From NCBI GenBank assembly GCA_028023455.1, contig JAQFVV010000010.1:8184001-8248000 (forward strand): a stretch of 64,000 nucleotides of DNA. The letters are read 5' to 3'. The position numbers and the translations under genes are program-made. The DNA comes from Epiperipatus broadwayi. Its lineage: Eukaryota; Animalia; Onychophora. Each line of letters opens with the position of its first letter. The stretch's first letter is position 1. The notes below the pieces were generated by a model, which had not been told where the DNA came from, did no database searches, and worked only from the letters and a program-made list of their open reading frames with translations. Positions 36,760 through 48,243 of this stretch are shown here, piece by piece.

Positions 36760-37130
36760 GCACAGACTTTCACACAATCCACCACTTTCCACTCTATCTC
36801 ATAATACTAATACACATGAACACATATATGTTGAAAAGATAAATAATCACCAATATATGTATTTCATGCTAAACCAGCAATCATCAGTTGGTCCAGATTA
36901 CCATCTCCACACATATATGCTGTAAGTACTCAGATATACATTAAGATAGCTAATCTTCATACTTTAATGGACAGGCTTCAATCTACTCCACACTCCAACT
37001 CTTCAACTGTCCATCCAATTGAAAATCTGATGATGGAATGCTCAAAGGCCACCCTGAGGCCGAGATTATTGTCATATCCATGTTGACCTAAGGTCAATCT
37101 GACCCCTCATGTACAGGACATAATTCATTT
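36760..37130 (-). mobile_element. 3' end of a PLE (possibly Neptune-like) with a hammerhead-bearing tail
   Basis: Homologous to 42840-43150. A decayed IEA..IK..LN-like GIY-YIG end lies immediately upstream of the hammerhead. Confidence 0.6.
36844..36900 (-). ncRNA. Type I hammerhead ribozyme with intact catalytic core
   Basis: taatc-tgg-accaa-CTGATGA-t-TGCT-ggttt-AGCA-t-GAAA-tacata-TA / ttggt-gatta. Stem I is 5+5 bp with a UGG bulge, stem II is 4 bp, and the AUA triplet predicts cleavage at 36854/36853. Confidence 0.85.
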
Positions 37131-37639
37131 AGTACATATACAAGGGATGGACAGACATCTCTACTATGCAATAAAAACAATTAAGTAAATTCTTTTTTTA
37201 TTTTGACTGGAAAAAGTTAATGACTCTTTTCAGTTCATCTTAATTCTTTCAAAAACAACTTTGTAGGATTTTATCAATGTATTTAATTAAAAAAATCTTA
37301 ATCTAATTAAAAAGAAAGTGGAATTTTATAATTATTGGTACTATGCACATACTCTACTATGTAGTTGTATGCCATGGGACTGTAACAATCTCAGTATATA
37401 TGATTTACTATCTTCATCTAATTTTTTTGTATCATTGGTTATGGATTCAAACCTGACTGTAGAAGTTAAAGATCATACTGGATTAGTTTTACAATGTATA
37501 TATAATAGAAAATCATATAACATTAAAATACTAACTATAAACAAATATATACTAATATTTATTTATGACCTTTGTTTCATTTATTAATAAATAGACCTCA
37601 AGTGAAATTTACTAGATACAAACAATATATATATACAAA

Positions 37640-38700
37640 AATAGCCTTCTCATAAACCACTTCAAAATCCATTCAACTTTAATATCAAAGAATATTTTCA
37701 TGGCATTGATCTTCTCAGATTAAACAAGATTTATTATCAAAATTTCTTTGACTCTTTTTTTTGAATAAAAGATAACCTCTGCATTGTCAAATAATATTTT
37801 ATCATCTGTATTCATTTCATAAATATACAAAGCTGTGTTATGTTACCTATTTTTAACTCTAATCTTGTGAACTTTAATTCTTTCTTTAAAACTTAATTTA
37901 CTTTGACCTATAATAATTTTACAGCTGCAAGGAATCTTATAACCTATATCATAAATAGATTTGCCATTAATGAACTGTTTTGAACTATTTAATAAAGAAT
38001 TTAAAGCATGATCTTTCTTCCAAACAATTTTTATATCACCTAATAAATAACTATTTAAATAGATGACTTAAATGGTAAAGAAATAAACTCTTTATTGTCA
38101 ATAACTTCAATTTTTTTAATGATACCAGGCCTTTAGATATTTCTTGTAAATATAATTTCATGATTATAACCCAAATCAATATAATCAGAAGCAAATTGAT
38201 TCCTTTGAATATAAGCCTAATTTTCAAAATTATTAAGCCTTCTTTCTATTCCTATAACAACAATTCAATAAAGAAATTTTCTTATGAGTAAAACATTGAT
38301 AATTTTCAGGTTTTATTATAATTCTTAAATTTTTATATTTATTGACTATAAAATAAATAATTATCAAACTTATCAATATTTAAATATAAAAAATTTTATT
38401 TAACAAAATCAAAAGTACTTCCCTCAGTAGTAAAATTAATATTAAAATCAAGAACATTTAATCTATTAAAAAAATCACCAATTTAACTTTCTTGATAACA
38501 AACAGACAATCATCAACATATCTAACAAGTAATTTTAAAGAAACAGAAAAATGTTTAATAACGCTATTCCCTAAAAATGTCATTGTCGACAAAGCACATT
38601 AAATGAAAAATAATAACCATTAACTCAATCTACGCTAATTTTATAATACATTGAAATCGCTAATAATAATAGCAAATTATAAATAATTTTACTGTTATCT
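37640..38700 (-). mobile_element. Penelope-like element remnant (RT plus GIY-YIG)
   Basis: Minus strand RYVDDCLFVIKK (~38500) and GYKIPCSCKIIIGQSKLSFKERIKVHK...LFDNAEV (~37780-37950). Confidence 0.8.
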
Positions 38701-38796
38701 GCAGAAAGGGAAACTTGGAATATTTTGCTGTAGATAAGATTAAATTTATTCATGATTTGTTATTATTATAGAAAATTCAATGTATTTATGTGGAAT

Positions 38797-41425
38797 CATC
38801 ATCATCAACTATTATCATCCACTGCAGGATGAAGGTCTCTTCAAGTTCAATCCACATCCAATCATTAGCTTCTCTTCTCCACATCACTCCTGTACACCTT
38901 CTTATTTCATTTATCCATCTCACATGTGGTCTCTTTCTAGATCCTTTACATGGAATACAGTTTAAGATTTCAATTGTCCATCTATTATCATCTCTTCTAG
39001 CAATATGTCCAACCCAACTCCACTTCAGTCTTTTAACTTTTTCAATGAGGTCAATAACTCCTGTTTGTTCTTTTACCCATATATTGTGTTTTCGATCTCT
39101 TCTTGTTACTCACAATGTGCATCTCTCCATACTTCTTTGAGTGGTCTGAAGTCTCTATATTGCTCTTCTATTAAGTGTCCAAGTCGCAGATCCATAAGTA
39201 AGAACTGGTAAAACACATTTATCAAAATCTTCCTTTTCAAACACATAGGCACATTTCCTTTTAATATCAATTATTTCTACCAAAAGCATCCCAAACAAAT
39301 TTAATTCTATGATTAATTTCATCCATTATGTTTCCATCTATATTAATAATTTGACCAAGGTATTTGTAGCTGCTAACTTCTTCTTACTCACCACAATCAA
39401 TCTTTATTTTCATATTTTGAAAAAATTCATTAAACATTACTTTAGTCTTTTTAACATTTATCTTTAGTCCTACTTTCCTACATTCATCTGATAACTTCTG
39501 CAACATTTCCTGCAGCTCTACAGCATTATTTGCAAAAGCAACTACATCATCTGCAAAATCTAAATGACTTAAATAATCTCCATTTACTTTCACTCCTTTA
39601 GCTTCCCATTTTAATCTAGAAAATACTTCTTGAAGCAAAAAGTTTTGGAGATATGGAGTCACCCTGTCTTACACCCTTCTCAATGTTGACTTTCTTAGTA
39701 GCATTATGTAATCTAATTGTTGATGTTGCATTTTTATAAATATTCTTTAAAATATGACAATATCCTGGATCTATACCTTGATGATCCAATGCTTTAATCA
39801 CTGAAGAAATGTTTATAGAAACAAATGCCTGTTCATAATCTACAAATCCAAAGCATAAGACAACTCACATTCATTTGTTTTTTCTATAACTTCTGTCAAT
39901 ACCTGGATATGATCTACTGTACTAAAACCACTTTTAAATCCAGCTTGTTTTCTTGGTTGATGGAAATTCAATGTTCTCTGTAGAGGAGTAGTAATTATCT
40001 TTGTAAAATTTTTGTATAAAACTGATAAAAGGCTGATAGGTCTGTAGTTTTTAATATCTTCTTTATCACCTTTGTAAAATATTAATATTAATACTGCATT
40101 CTTGCAATCATCTGGTACATCTTTAGCATTTAGACTTTTGGTATATAGACTTTGCTAAAAAAATTCTATTTCTTCACCTGCTTCTTTTAATATATCAATT
40201 ACAATTCCATCATTATCTGGAGCCCTTCCTTTCTTCATAAATTTAATTGCACGTCTGACTTCTTCATTTAAAATTCTGGGCAATTTGGAAGATATAATAG
40301 ATATAGGAAGTACTTGTTCTTTATTACTATATAATTCTTGATAGAATCTTCTACTCATGATGTCATCTCTCTTTTTAGTAATAATTCCATCTTTTTTTTT
40401 ATTGCAGATATAAATTTCCTATCAATACTAAAACATTGTTTTACACTCTTGAGACTTTTATTCTCTTCTACAGCTTTCCTTGCTAGTTCACAGTTATACT
40501 TTCTTATATCATTTTCAACTCTTTTCTGCACCATTTTACAAAATTCAAAATATTCAATCTTTTTTAATGCATAATTTTTGTATCTCTTCATATTCCTTCT
40601 TTTCTTCATAAATTCTCTAGTTTCAATAGGAATTTTATTGGTCAATTACTGCTTTTTTCTACTAGCTCACTTTGTTGCAGTTTTTAAAAGTGTATCAGTT
40701 ATTTTCATATTAATTTTATTCAAATCTGAATCATGTTCAAAATCTACCAATACTTGAAACCAATTTGTAAGTTCTAATTTAAATTCATTAGAATGTTTCT
40801 GAAGATTAGGAATATCAACTATTGTTTTCTTAATATTTTTTGTCTATCTAGTTTTGCATTAACACATATCTTACATCTTACTAATCGATGATCACTTCCT
40901 GTGTTAAATTTATTAAGAATATTACAATCTTGAAATATGTATTTTCTTTTAGTCAGAATATAATCCAATTCTGTTGTACCTTCATTTGGATGCTTCCATG
41001 TCCATTTCCTTTTAAAATTTTTCTCAAAAAAAGAATTCATAATATAAAGTTTTTATTTTTCTGCAAACTCCACAAGTCTATGTCCTCTCTCATTTCTATC
41101 ACCATAACCCAAATTATACAGCACTTTCATTTGTTTACCAATTCTAGCATTAAAGTCACCCATAACAATTTTAAAATGTTGTTTACTCTGATCAAAAGCC
41201 TTTTGTACATCCATATAAAAATCTTCTACTACTTCATCACTATGAGAATTTATTGGGGCATAAACCTGAATTATCTACATTTGGTATCTGCTATTAAGTT
41301 GTATAACATATACTCTACTATAAAGGCACAAATATTGGAAATAAAAGTGAGTAGAATTCATTATAAATAAAAAGTGGAAGAGCAACATTGTTGAGATTGA
41401 TGGTTTATTAGACAGAGTGGCAAGA
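38797..41425 (-). mobile_element. Degenerate 5'-truncated RTE copy with a 5' inversion
   Basis: Colinear with 29209-~31780 but frameshifted; (TGA)n tail at 38797; inverted segment ~41307-41428; 11-bp TSD ttatgtggaat at 38786-38796 and 41426-41436. Confidence 0.95.
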
Positions 41426-41436
41426 TTATGTGGAAT

Positions 41437-42560
41437 AATGTAATTTATAAAATTAGAGAAGTGTGGGTATTGGGCATTATGTTTTCTTTTGATTTATTCT
41501 ATCTATATTGATTTTTTTTAAAAAATAGTATTATTAATCATTTTATTGCTTCTTTAAAATTACTTTTTAGATATGTTGATGATTATTCGTTTGTTATTCA
41601 GAAAGATAAACTGAAGAATTTTGTTTATTAGACCAATGCATTTGATTCCAATATTATTAGTTTTACTATTGAGGGAGTAATTTCAGTTTGTTAAATTAAA
41701 ATTGTTAGACTAATAAGTGTTGATAAAATTGATATTTTATTTTGTAACCATTTTATTAAATCATAAAAAATTTAAGAAGAGAAGACTTAATAAACATGAA
41801 AATAGTGCTTATATTCAAAGATGTCAATTTTCTTTGGATTATATGATTTGGAATATAATCTTGAATTTATTAGAAACATTAGATTTAATATAATCCTCTA
41901 GACTCTTCCTCCTCAGTATATAACATCAAATCTCCAATTTTTTATACTTTTAGCAAAATAAGTCTTCGTCAAATCTTATTTTTCTCACTGAGAAATAAGA
42001 TCTGATGAAGACTGCTGGGAACAGTCGAAACTGTTATCAAATTAATAAATATATTTTGCTAAAAGTAAAAAAAAGTGGAGGTTTGATGTTATAACATTAG
42101 ATTTAATAAAAATATCTATAGATCTGACATTAATAAAAATTTTAATGTTAGTGAGAATAAAGAATTGGATCATATAACAATTGTTTGGAAAAAAGACAAT
42201 GACTTAACTTTTTTATTAAATAGTTCAAAACAGACCATTGATAATAAATTATTCCTGGTGTAGTTTATAAGTTTTCTTGTATTTGTTGTAAAATTTATAT
42301 ATGTCAAAGTAAATTAAGTGCTAATGAATGAATTAAAGTTCACAAGAGCCCAGTTAAAAATGGGTAAAATAACTCAGCTGAACTGAATACAGACCACAAT
42401 TTATTATTTGATAATGCAGAAGTTAGTTATCTTTTATGAAAAAAAAAAATTAAAAAAATTTTAAAGAAACTCTAATTATAATTCTTCTTAAATCTAAGGC
42501 TATCAATATTATGAAGCTATCATTTGATATTAAAAGTGGTTGGAAGTTCATTTGTTAATA
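41437..42560 (+). mobile_element. Penelope-like element remnant, inverted relative to 37640-38700
   Basis: RYVDD at ~41570 and GVVYKFSCICCKIYICQSKL...HK (GIY-YIG) at ~42260-42340. Alignable to the reverse complement of 37640-38700. Confidence 0.8.
41999..42038 (+). ncRNA. Minimal hammerhead ribozyme (PLE type), core intact, one extra A after A9
   Basis: gat-CTGATGA(42002-08)-A-GACTG-ctgggaa-CAGTC-GAAA-CTGTT / atc. Stem I is only 3 bp. The motif sits inside an inverted repeat (41920-41960 / 42053-42092). Confidence 0.7.
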
Positions 42561-42809
42561 GATAAAACCATTGCCCTGAGAGAATTTTAATATGAATTTG
42601 TTTTTAGGTAGTATTTTAATGCTATATGATTTTTTACTTTATTTATCATTACTAGTGTAGTGTTAGGCAGTATTTAATTTTATATATATGGCAATCATGC
42701 TATAATATAATGTTATTTGTTTATATATTATTATATTGAAAATTGTAGAGTTAATTCCAGTATTTTGTTTTATAAGAGAGTGGGTATAGATATATAATTA
42801 ATCTATTTA

Positions 42810-43495
42810 TTCAGTATACTGAATGTTTACTATAATAAATAGAGGGATTTGAACTTGGGCTTTTCAGTCTATATTCATCCTCCATCCTCCACTCCATCTC
42901 AAACAACATTATACACATTACATGTGTAAAAGATAAATTATCCCCAATATACATATTTCATACAGAATCAGCAATCATCTGTTGAGTTAATTATAATTTC
43001 CCACATGCATATACAATCATTGTCAGTTTATATTAAGATAGCAGATAGCAGTTCATTAAACTTTAATAAACAGGCTTCAATCTTCTCATCCTTCCAACTA
43101 TTCAACCATCTATTTCATTGAAAAACCAATGATGGAATGCTCAAAGTTCTTGATGAATTTGATATTGTAGACACACCAATATAGACATTATTTAATATAA
43201 CTCCTCATACTATCAGACCATTATGAATCCATTTATATTAATAGGAGAGAGATGGGATGGACTCATTTTATAATGTAATGTATTTTCAAGGCAATATATA
43301 ATTAACCTATTTATTCAGTATACTGGTTACTTACTATAGTAAATAGAGGGATTTGAATTTAGACTTTTCAGTCTATATTTATCCTCCATTCCACTTCAAA
43401 AAACCAATGCACATGGTCATACTCACGTGGAAAAGATAAATGACCATCAATATATGTATTTTATGCAGAACCAGCACTCAACAATTGGACCAAAC
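42810..43495 (-). mobile_element. PLE partial tandem: hammerhead tail, ORF end, hammerhead tail
   Basis: Direct repeats begin tattcagtatactg at ~42810 and ~43313, each containing a degenerate hammerhead (42939-42988 and 43441-43493). A KIEA..IK..LN-like remnant lies between them. Confidence 0.7.
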
Positions 43496-43670
43496 AAAAT
43501 TTATTTTAAGTTATGAATTTACAATATTGTCAAATATCAAATCTGTAAGTATATACTCATTCTTCTCCTTTACTTTCCTTGCATTTCTTCATATATATTT
43601 GTTATAATAACTTCTTTCATATACACTTTAATGCAAAAAAAAAAAAAAATTAATAAAACTTTTTTATTTT

Positions 43671-43707
43671 CCTGACAGTTTTGACTGTCCAGCAGTCTTC
43701 ATCAGAG
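43671..43707 (-). ncRNA. Degenerate minimal hammerhead (same family as 42002)
   Basis: CTGATGA-A-GACTG-ctgga-CAGTC-AAAA-CTGTC, with G12 mutated to A. Confidence 0.6.
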
Positions 43708-43800
43708 TTTTCTCAAACTTCCTCTGCCTTTTAAAAGATTTAAACATGAATTACATTTTTTATTCTAGTTTAAGATCTGAATAAATGCAAAGAAATGCTG

Positions 43801-43839
<39 letters not shown>

Positions 43840-44615
43840 AAGATTGAGATTTTTAGATTCCTAAAAATTTAAAATAAATTCCATTATCCATATCTATATA
43901 TAACTTGTTTTAAAACATATTAAGTAGTAATCATTTTAAAGCTTTCAAACCACATTGCTATTTATTATTAATTAGATAATAAATCTAAAATTGCATATTT
44001 GAACAATGATTCTGTAATCTTGTTATCAGAAAAACGTTATATATATACAGTGGCATCACAATATCCACTATGCTTTGCTCCAAGGCATCCCACGTGCATC
44101 ATATATTATGTAAAAGAACTCATGTTTTGTTAATAAATTTTGATAAGAATAGAATAGGTATTGTTTATTGAACTGCAACTGTACAATACTTTTCAAGATG
44201 ATGCTTTATATGTATAATTTCATTAGTATGCACATACAAAATTATAAACACAATGTTAAAATATAATACTAATATAGTTATTGATAATAAAGTGAGGGGA
44301 CACAAGTACATATATTTATTTTACTGTTTTCATTCATTGAAAAAATAGTGTACTGTTCAAAATTGTACGTTAACTCAATACGATTCACAGTCTGGGCAAA
44401 AGTACCTCGAATCCAACCGTACATGAGATCAAAGATAAATAATACTTATGGATTCTGCCCTGTTCACCCACTCTCTAAATCTGCCAAATAATTAACAACC
44501 TTTTTGAGGTAAGCAATAAATCTTTTCTACACTCCGGTCCGCTTGCATCAATGGTGGAGTATGAGCCTCAATGAATTCTAACATCTAACTCTAATATTAA
44601 TTCTAATTAGACCTA

Positions 44616-44689
44616 TTTATTTACTTAAATATAGGAATGGTATGTATGTGACTTTATTTACTTAAATATAGGAATGGTATGTATGTGAC
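44616..44689. repeat. 37-bp tandem duplication
   Basis: tttatttacttaaatataggaatggtatgtatgtgac x2. Confidence 0.95.
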
Positions 44690-45758
44690 CTTGAGTCATC
44701 AGATAGCAGCACAATAATTAATTAGAAACATTAATTTTAGAATAAAATAAAACCACAAGTAGCTTAAATTCACATATATATTTAATAAAACATTTGTATA
44801 ACTTTTCTAATGTCTCTCTGTTTTATTTCATAAACTTGTTATACATAAATTTCTATCCTGTCATTAATTATGCCTCAAGTAAGGGAGTGGTATAATTCAT
44901 ATGGCAATTTACAAATGAAACGATTAGAGTTTTATGGTAGATGCCTACTCAAGTTTGAGATGTACAGACAATATTTTAAATATCCCTATTTTAAATATAA
45001 ATTTATTATAAGTGGAATTATTTTAAGAGATAAATAATTGAATCATATTTTAGGAATTGGCTTCGAAGAGAGTGACATGTTTAAAATATAAACGGATCGC
45101 GATATTCGCAACTAAATATTTTAAGATTGTAAAACAAATAAATTAATCAGACCGTAGTCAATCCACCATGATGTGCACAAAACAAAAGAAATTAAACAGA
45201 TACAGCATTTGATATTGCATCACCAGAATAGACTCAACTCAGCTGCCCCATTCCAGTGATGCCAAAAAATAAAACGAATAGTTTGTGCCATTAGCAAACC
45301 TCAAGATATTTCAGGTGAAAGGATGGGAATCGCTAAGGCTAGCTAAGCTCAGCTTACCCCAGGTCTTCCCATTTTGTCTTTCATATCCTGATAAAAAAAT
45401 TTATAGCCAGTGAAATTATCATGTGGTCTATTTCTGATTTAGCAATCACAAAGAACAAAAGACAAGTTATCAAGCAAAATGCTGGCAAGGCAAAATACAA
45501 GTACTGGAGAATATATTTTAGAATTTAAATATAAAATTGTACTGAGCTAAAAAAATTACATAAATATTATATGGATTGACCAAAATCGAACCAACATAAA
45601 ATAAATAAGCATTAAATATTATTACGAATATCATTTTATGGGCGACACATCTCTCCCTTCAAAATTAAATCCCATTAATATTTAAATTAAAACATTTATT
45701 ACTCTCTCTTACAGTTTTGCAAGAATAAACTTTCTAAAACTTCCTCCCTTTCATTCTT

Positions 45759-45862
45759 TTTTTTCTCATGTGTCATAGCATCAGCTGGGAAGCGAACCCG
45801 CTATCCCGGGACAACTGATCGTAAAGCGGCTGACGCTGGCCTCTCGACCACTAATGCTTGAC
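45759..45862 (-). mobile_element. tRNA-Gly-derived SINE (TAC at anticodon position)
   Basis: tRNA-like part 45777-45857 with GTCAA leader and TATGACACATGAG-A tail. Perfect 15-bp TSD ctccctttcattctt at 45744-45758 and 45863-45877. Confidence 0.9.
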
Positions 45863-47177
45863 CTCCCTTTCATTCTTATGACATGAAATAATATAACTAA
45901 ACAAAATCTCATACTTGACCTCGCATCTCCCCAAAACTAAACTGTATACGCATAAAATATTTCAAAATATATAAGGTAATATAAAATTATTTCATCTTGA
46001 CAAAAGGGTTGCTCCAAGTATTATTCATTTAGAGCTAAAGAGTTAGTTATTTACTGACAGATGTTGGTCGAGAAATATAAGCAAAATATTTAATTATATC
46101 ATACATTTGTCGAGATGGAACAAATTGGCATATAGTGATATTATTTTACATAAGACATTTAGCAATCTTATCTAACAAATACCTTCTTAGCTAAATAATA
46201 ATATTTTCTGAACCACTTTAAAATAAAGTTTAGCATTAAGAGGCATAATTTTAAGACAGACAGAATGAGAGCAGAGACATTCGATTTATAGTGATAGCAA
46301 GTAAAATTTACAGAATTTTAGTTAAGCAATTACTTAAAATTAAAGGGGATTTCATTTAAGAAAACACTAAATGTAGCAAAATTACATTATCAGGTCAACT
46401 GGAGTTTTTAAAAATAAATTAGGCGGTTAGAAATAAACAGATTGCAACGTATTACCTAATTTATTATGAGTCCTTGTGGAAATTTGGATCCCACGATGAA
46501 ATATGAATTTCCGCACAGGCATAGCTAGCTATGTATTTAATTTGAGAGTTTAACAGTCCAGCAGTCCAACAATTACACATTTTGACAAAGTTTCTCCGGC
46601 ATATGGTATTTGGTGATATTCTTTGGGACAGCGGAAAGATGGGCAGGCTACAAGGCCATCTACTCCACTACCATGCTTCTAAACATTTTATATTTATTGA
46701 AATTTTAACCGGTGTGGATTTGCCAGGCAATCACTGAATGAAAACTATACCTGGCTGACCTCTATTGTTCTCATGGGCTATTTATACCCTTTTCTCACTA
46801 TTTTTGGGAAATTTCCCTTTTCATTCACCCAAGGCTAAGTGGATATGTTGAAATTCCGGTGACCACAATTATCGACCTAAAGTATTTTGCATTGTATTCT
46901 TGAGATCCACTCTCCCAATAAACACAATGATTTTATTGTTTCAAATCTATTTTTAATTTAATGTAGATTTGAAGAATTCATGTTTCAAATATCTTTTCCA
47001 CTTTAATTATACTTTAATTAGAAAATTCCATTACCATTTTGTTAATGGATTTTCTTTTGTTTGCCACTAAGAAAAGTTAGCAGGGTTTATCACTAAAGAA
47101 AATCTCCAGAATAAAATATTTAAAATAACATAGCATATTAAAATTTATTGATTGATTTTTATAAAAGTTTCCATCTG

Positions 47178-47181
<4 letters not shown>

Positions 47182-47240
<59 letters not shown>
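47182..47240. repeat. (TA)n microsatellite
   Basis: Uninterrupted TA run. Confidence 0.98.
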
Positions 47241-47243
<3 letters not shown>

Positions 47244-48135
47244 CACATATATATATCTAGGCCCCTCCAATAGTTATAATAAAAACATTTTAAATAGAAA
47301 ATTGATATTTTAATTACTTATTTGTTGGTCTAAAAATTAAATGTATATAAAATGGCAGACGGAAAGTTTTATAAACATTGTAACATGTATGGATCTGGTT
47401 TGATCCTAATCTAGTAATCTAGAAAGATATGAAGTGTGGATCTGGCCTACCGATTCATCGCTTCAATAGGAATAAAAAAATATTGTACATTTTTATTTTT
47501 TTAAATAAAAATAATGAAATTGTCTAATTTTCAACACAATTAAATATACTCTGTGTGATTTTCTTTTTTCCATAACTTCTTTCTTTTATAAAAATATAAT
47601 AGCAGTCTTTTTATCAAAAAACTATAAGCTCTCAAATTGTTTTCATGTTTTTAATTCAGTATCATCAACTCTAAGAATATTCAAATGTGACTTCAAGAAT
47701 TTGGTGAGCTATATCTCAGAAAATTTAATGAACAAAATAAGATAAGTTTTATTTTGTAAAATTAGCAAAATATGACTAGAGCACATTTGACTACTTAATT
47801 ATACTAGTCATAATCATGGCATTATGCAAATTCTTTATTGAGTTTTGTTTCTTTAATAAATGCCACAACTTTCTTTTCACTGTCAATGCCAAGATTATGA
47901 CAAGCACGATTCAGTAGGCATATTTTGCTAATTTTACAAAATAAAGTTTATCTCCAATACAGTTACGGTTATACATATATTTTGTTTGTTTAAGAATATT
48001 CTTACATTTTTCTAAACTTTTTTTTTTTTGAGCTTATGTTGATATGAGAATTTACTTCAAAAACAACATAATTAAAATACATTAAACAAATATAGATGTT
48101 AAATATAAAACTGAATTAAAACATCTGCACTTTTG

Positions 48136-48243
48136 TAAACAAAGCAAAGCAAAACTCCACATAGTAGTGCCAGCTGTGCTAAACAGAGTAATCAATGGAC
48201 GCCAGGTGGCACTACTATATGGAGTTTTGCTTTGCTTTGTTTA
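48136..48243. mobile_element. 108-bp MITE with 37-bp near-perfect TIRs
   Basis: taaacaaagcaaagcaaaactccacatagtagtgcca and its inverse differ by one mismatch. The spacer gtgctaaacagagtaatcaatgg matches the 11062 element. Confidence 0.9.

Noticed and set aside
44389-44510. Plus-strand exon-like segment (cag|...gag|gtaagc)
   Set aside because: Stop codons in all three frames and no supporting neighbouring exons.
45050-46900. CpG-containing, moderately GC-rich stretches that might be exons or a TE
   Set aside because: No open frame with recognisable motifs on either strand; left unassigned.
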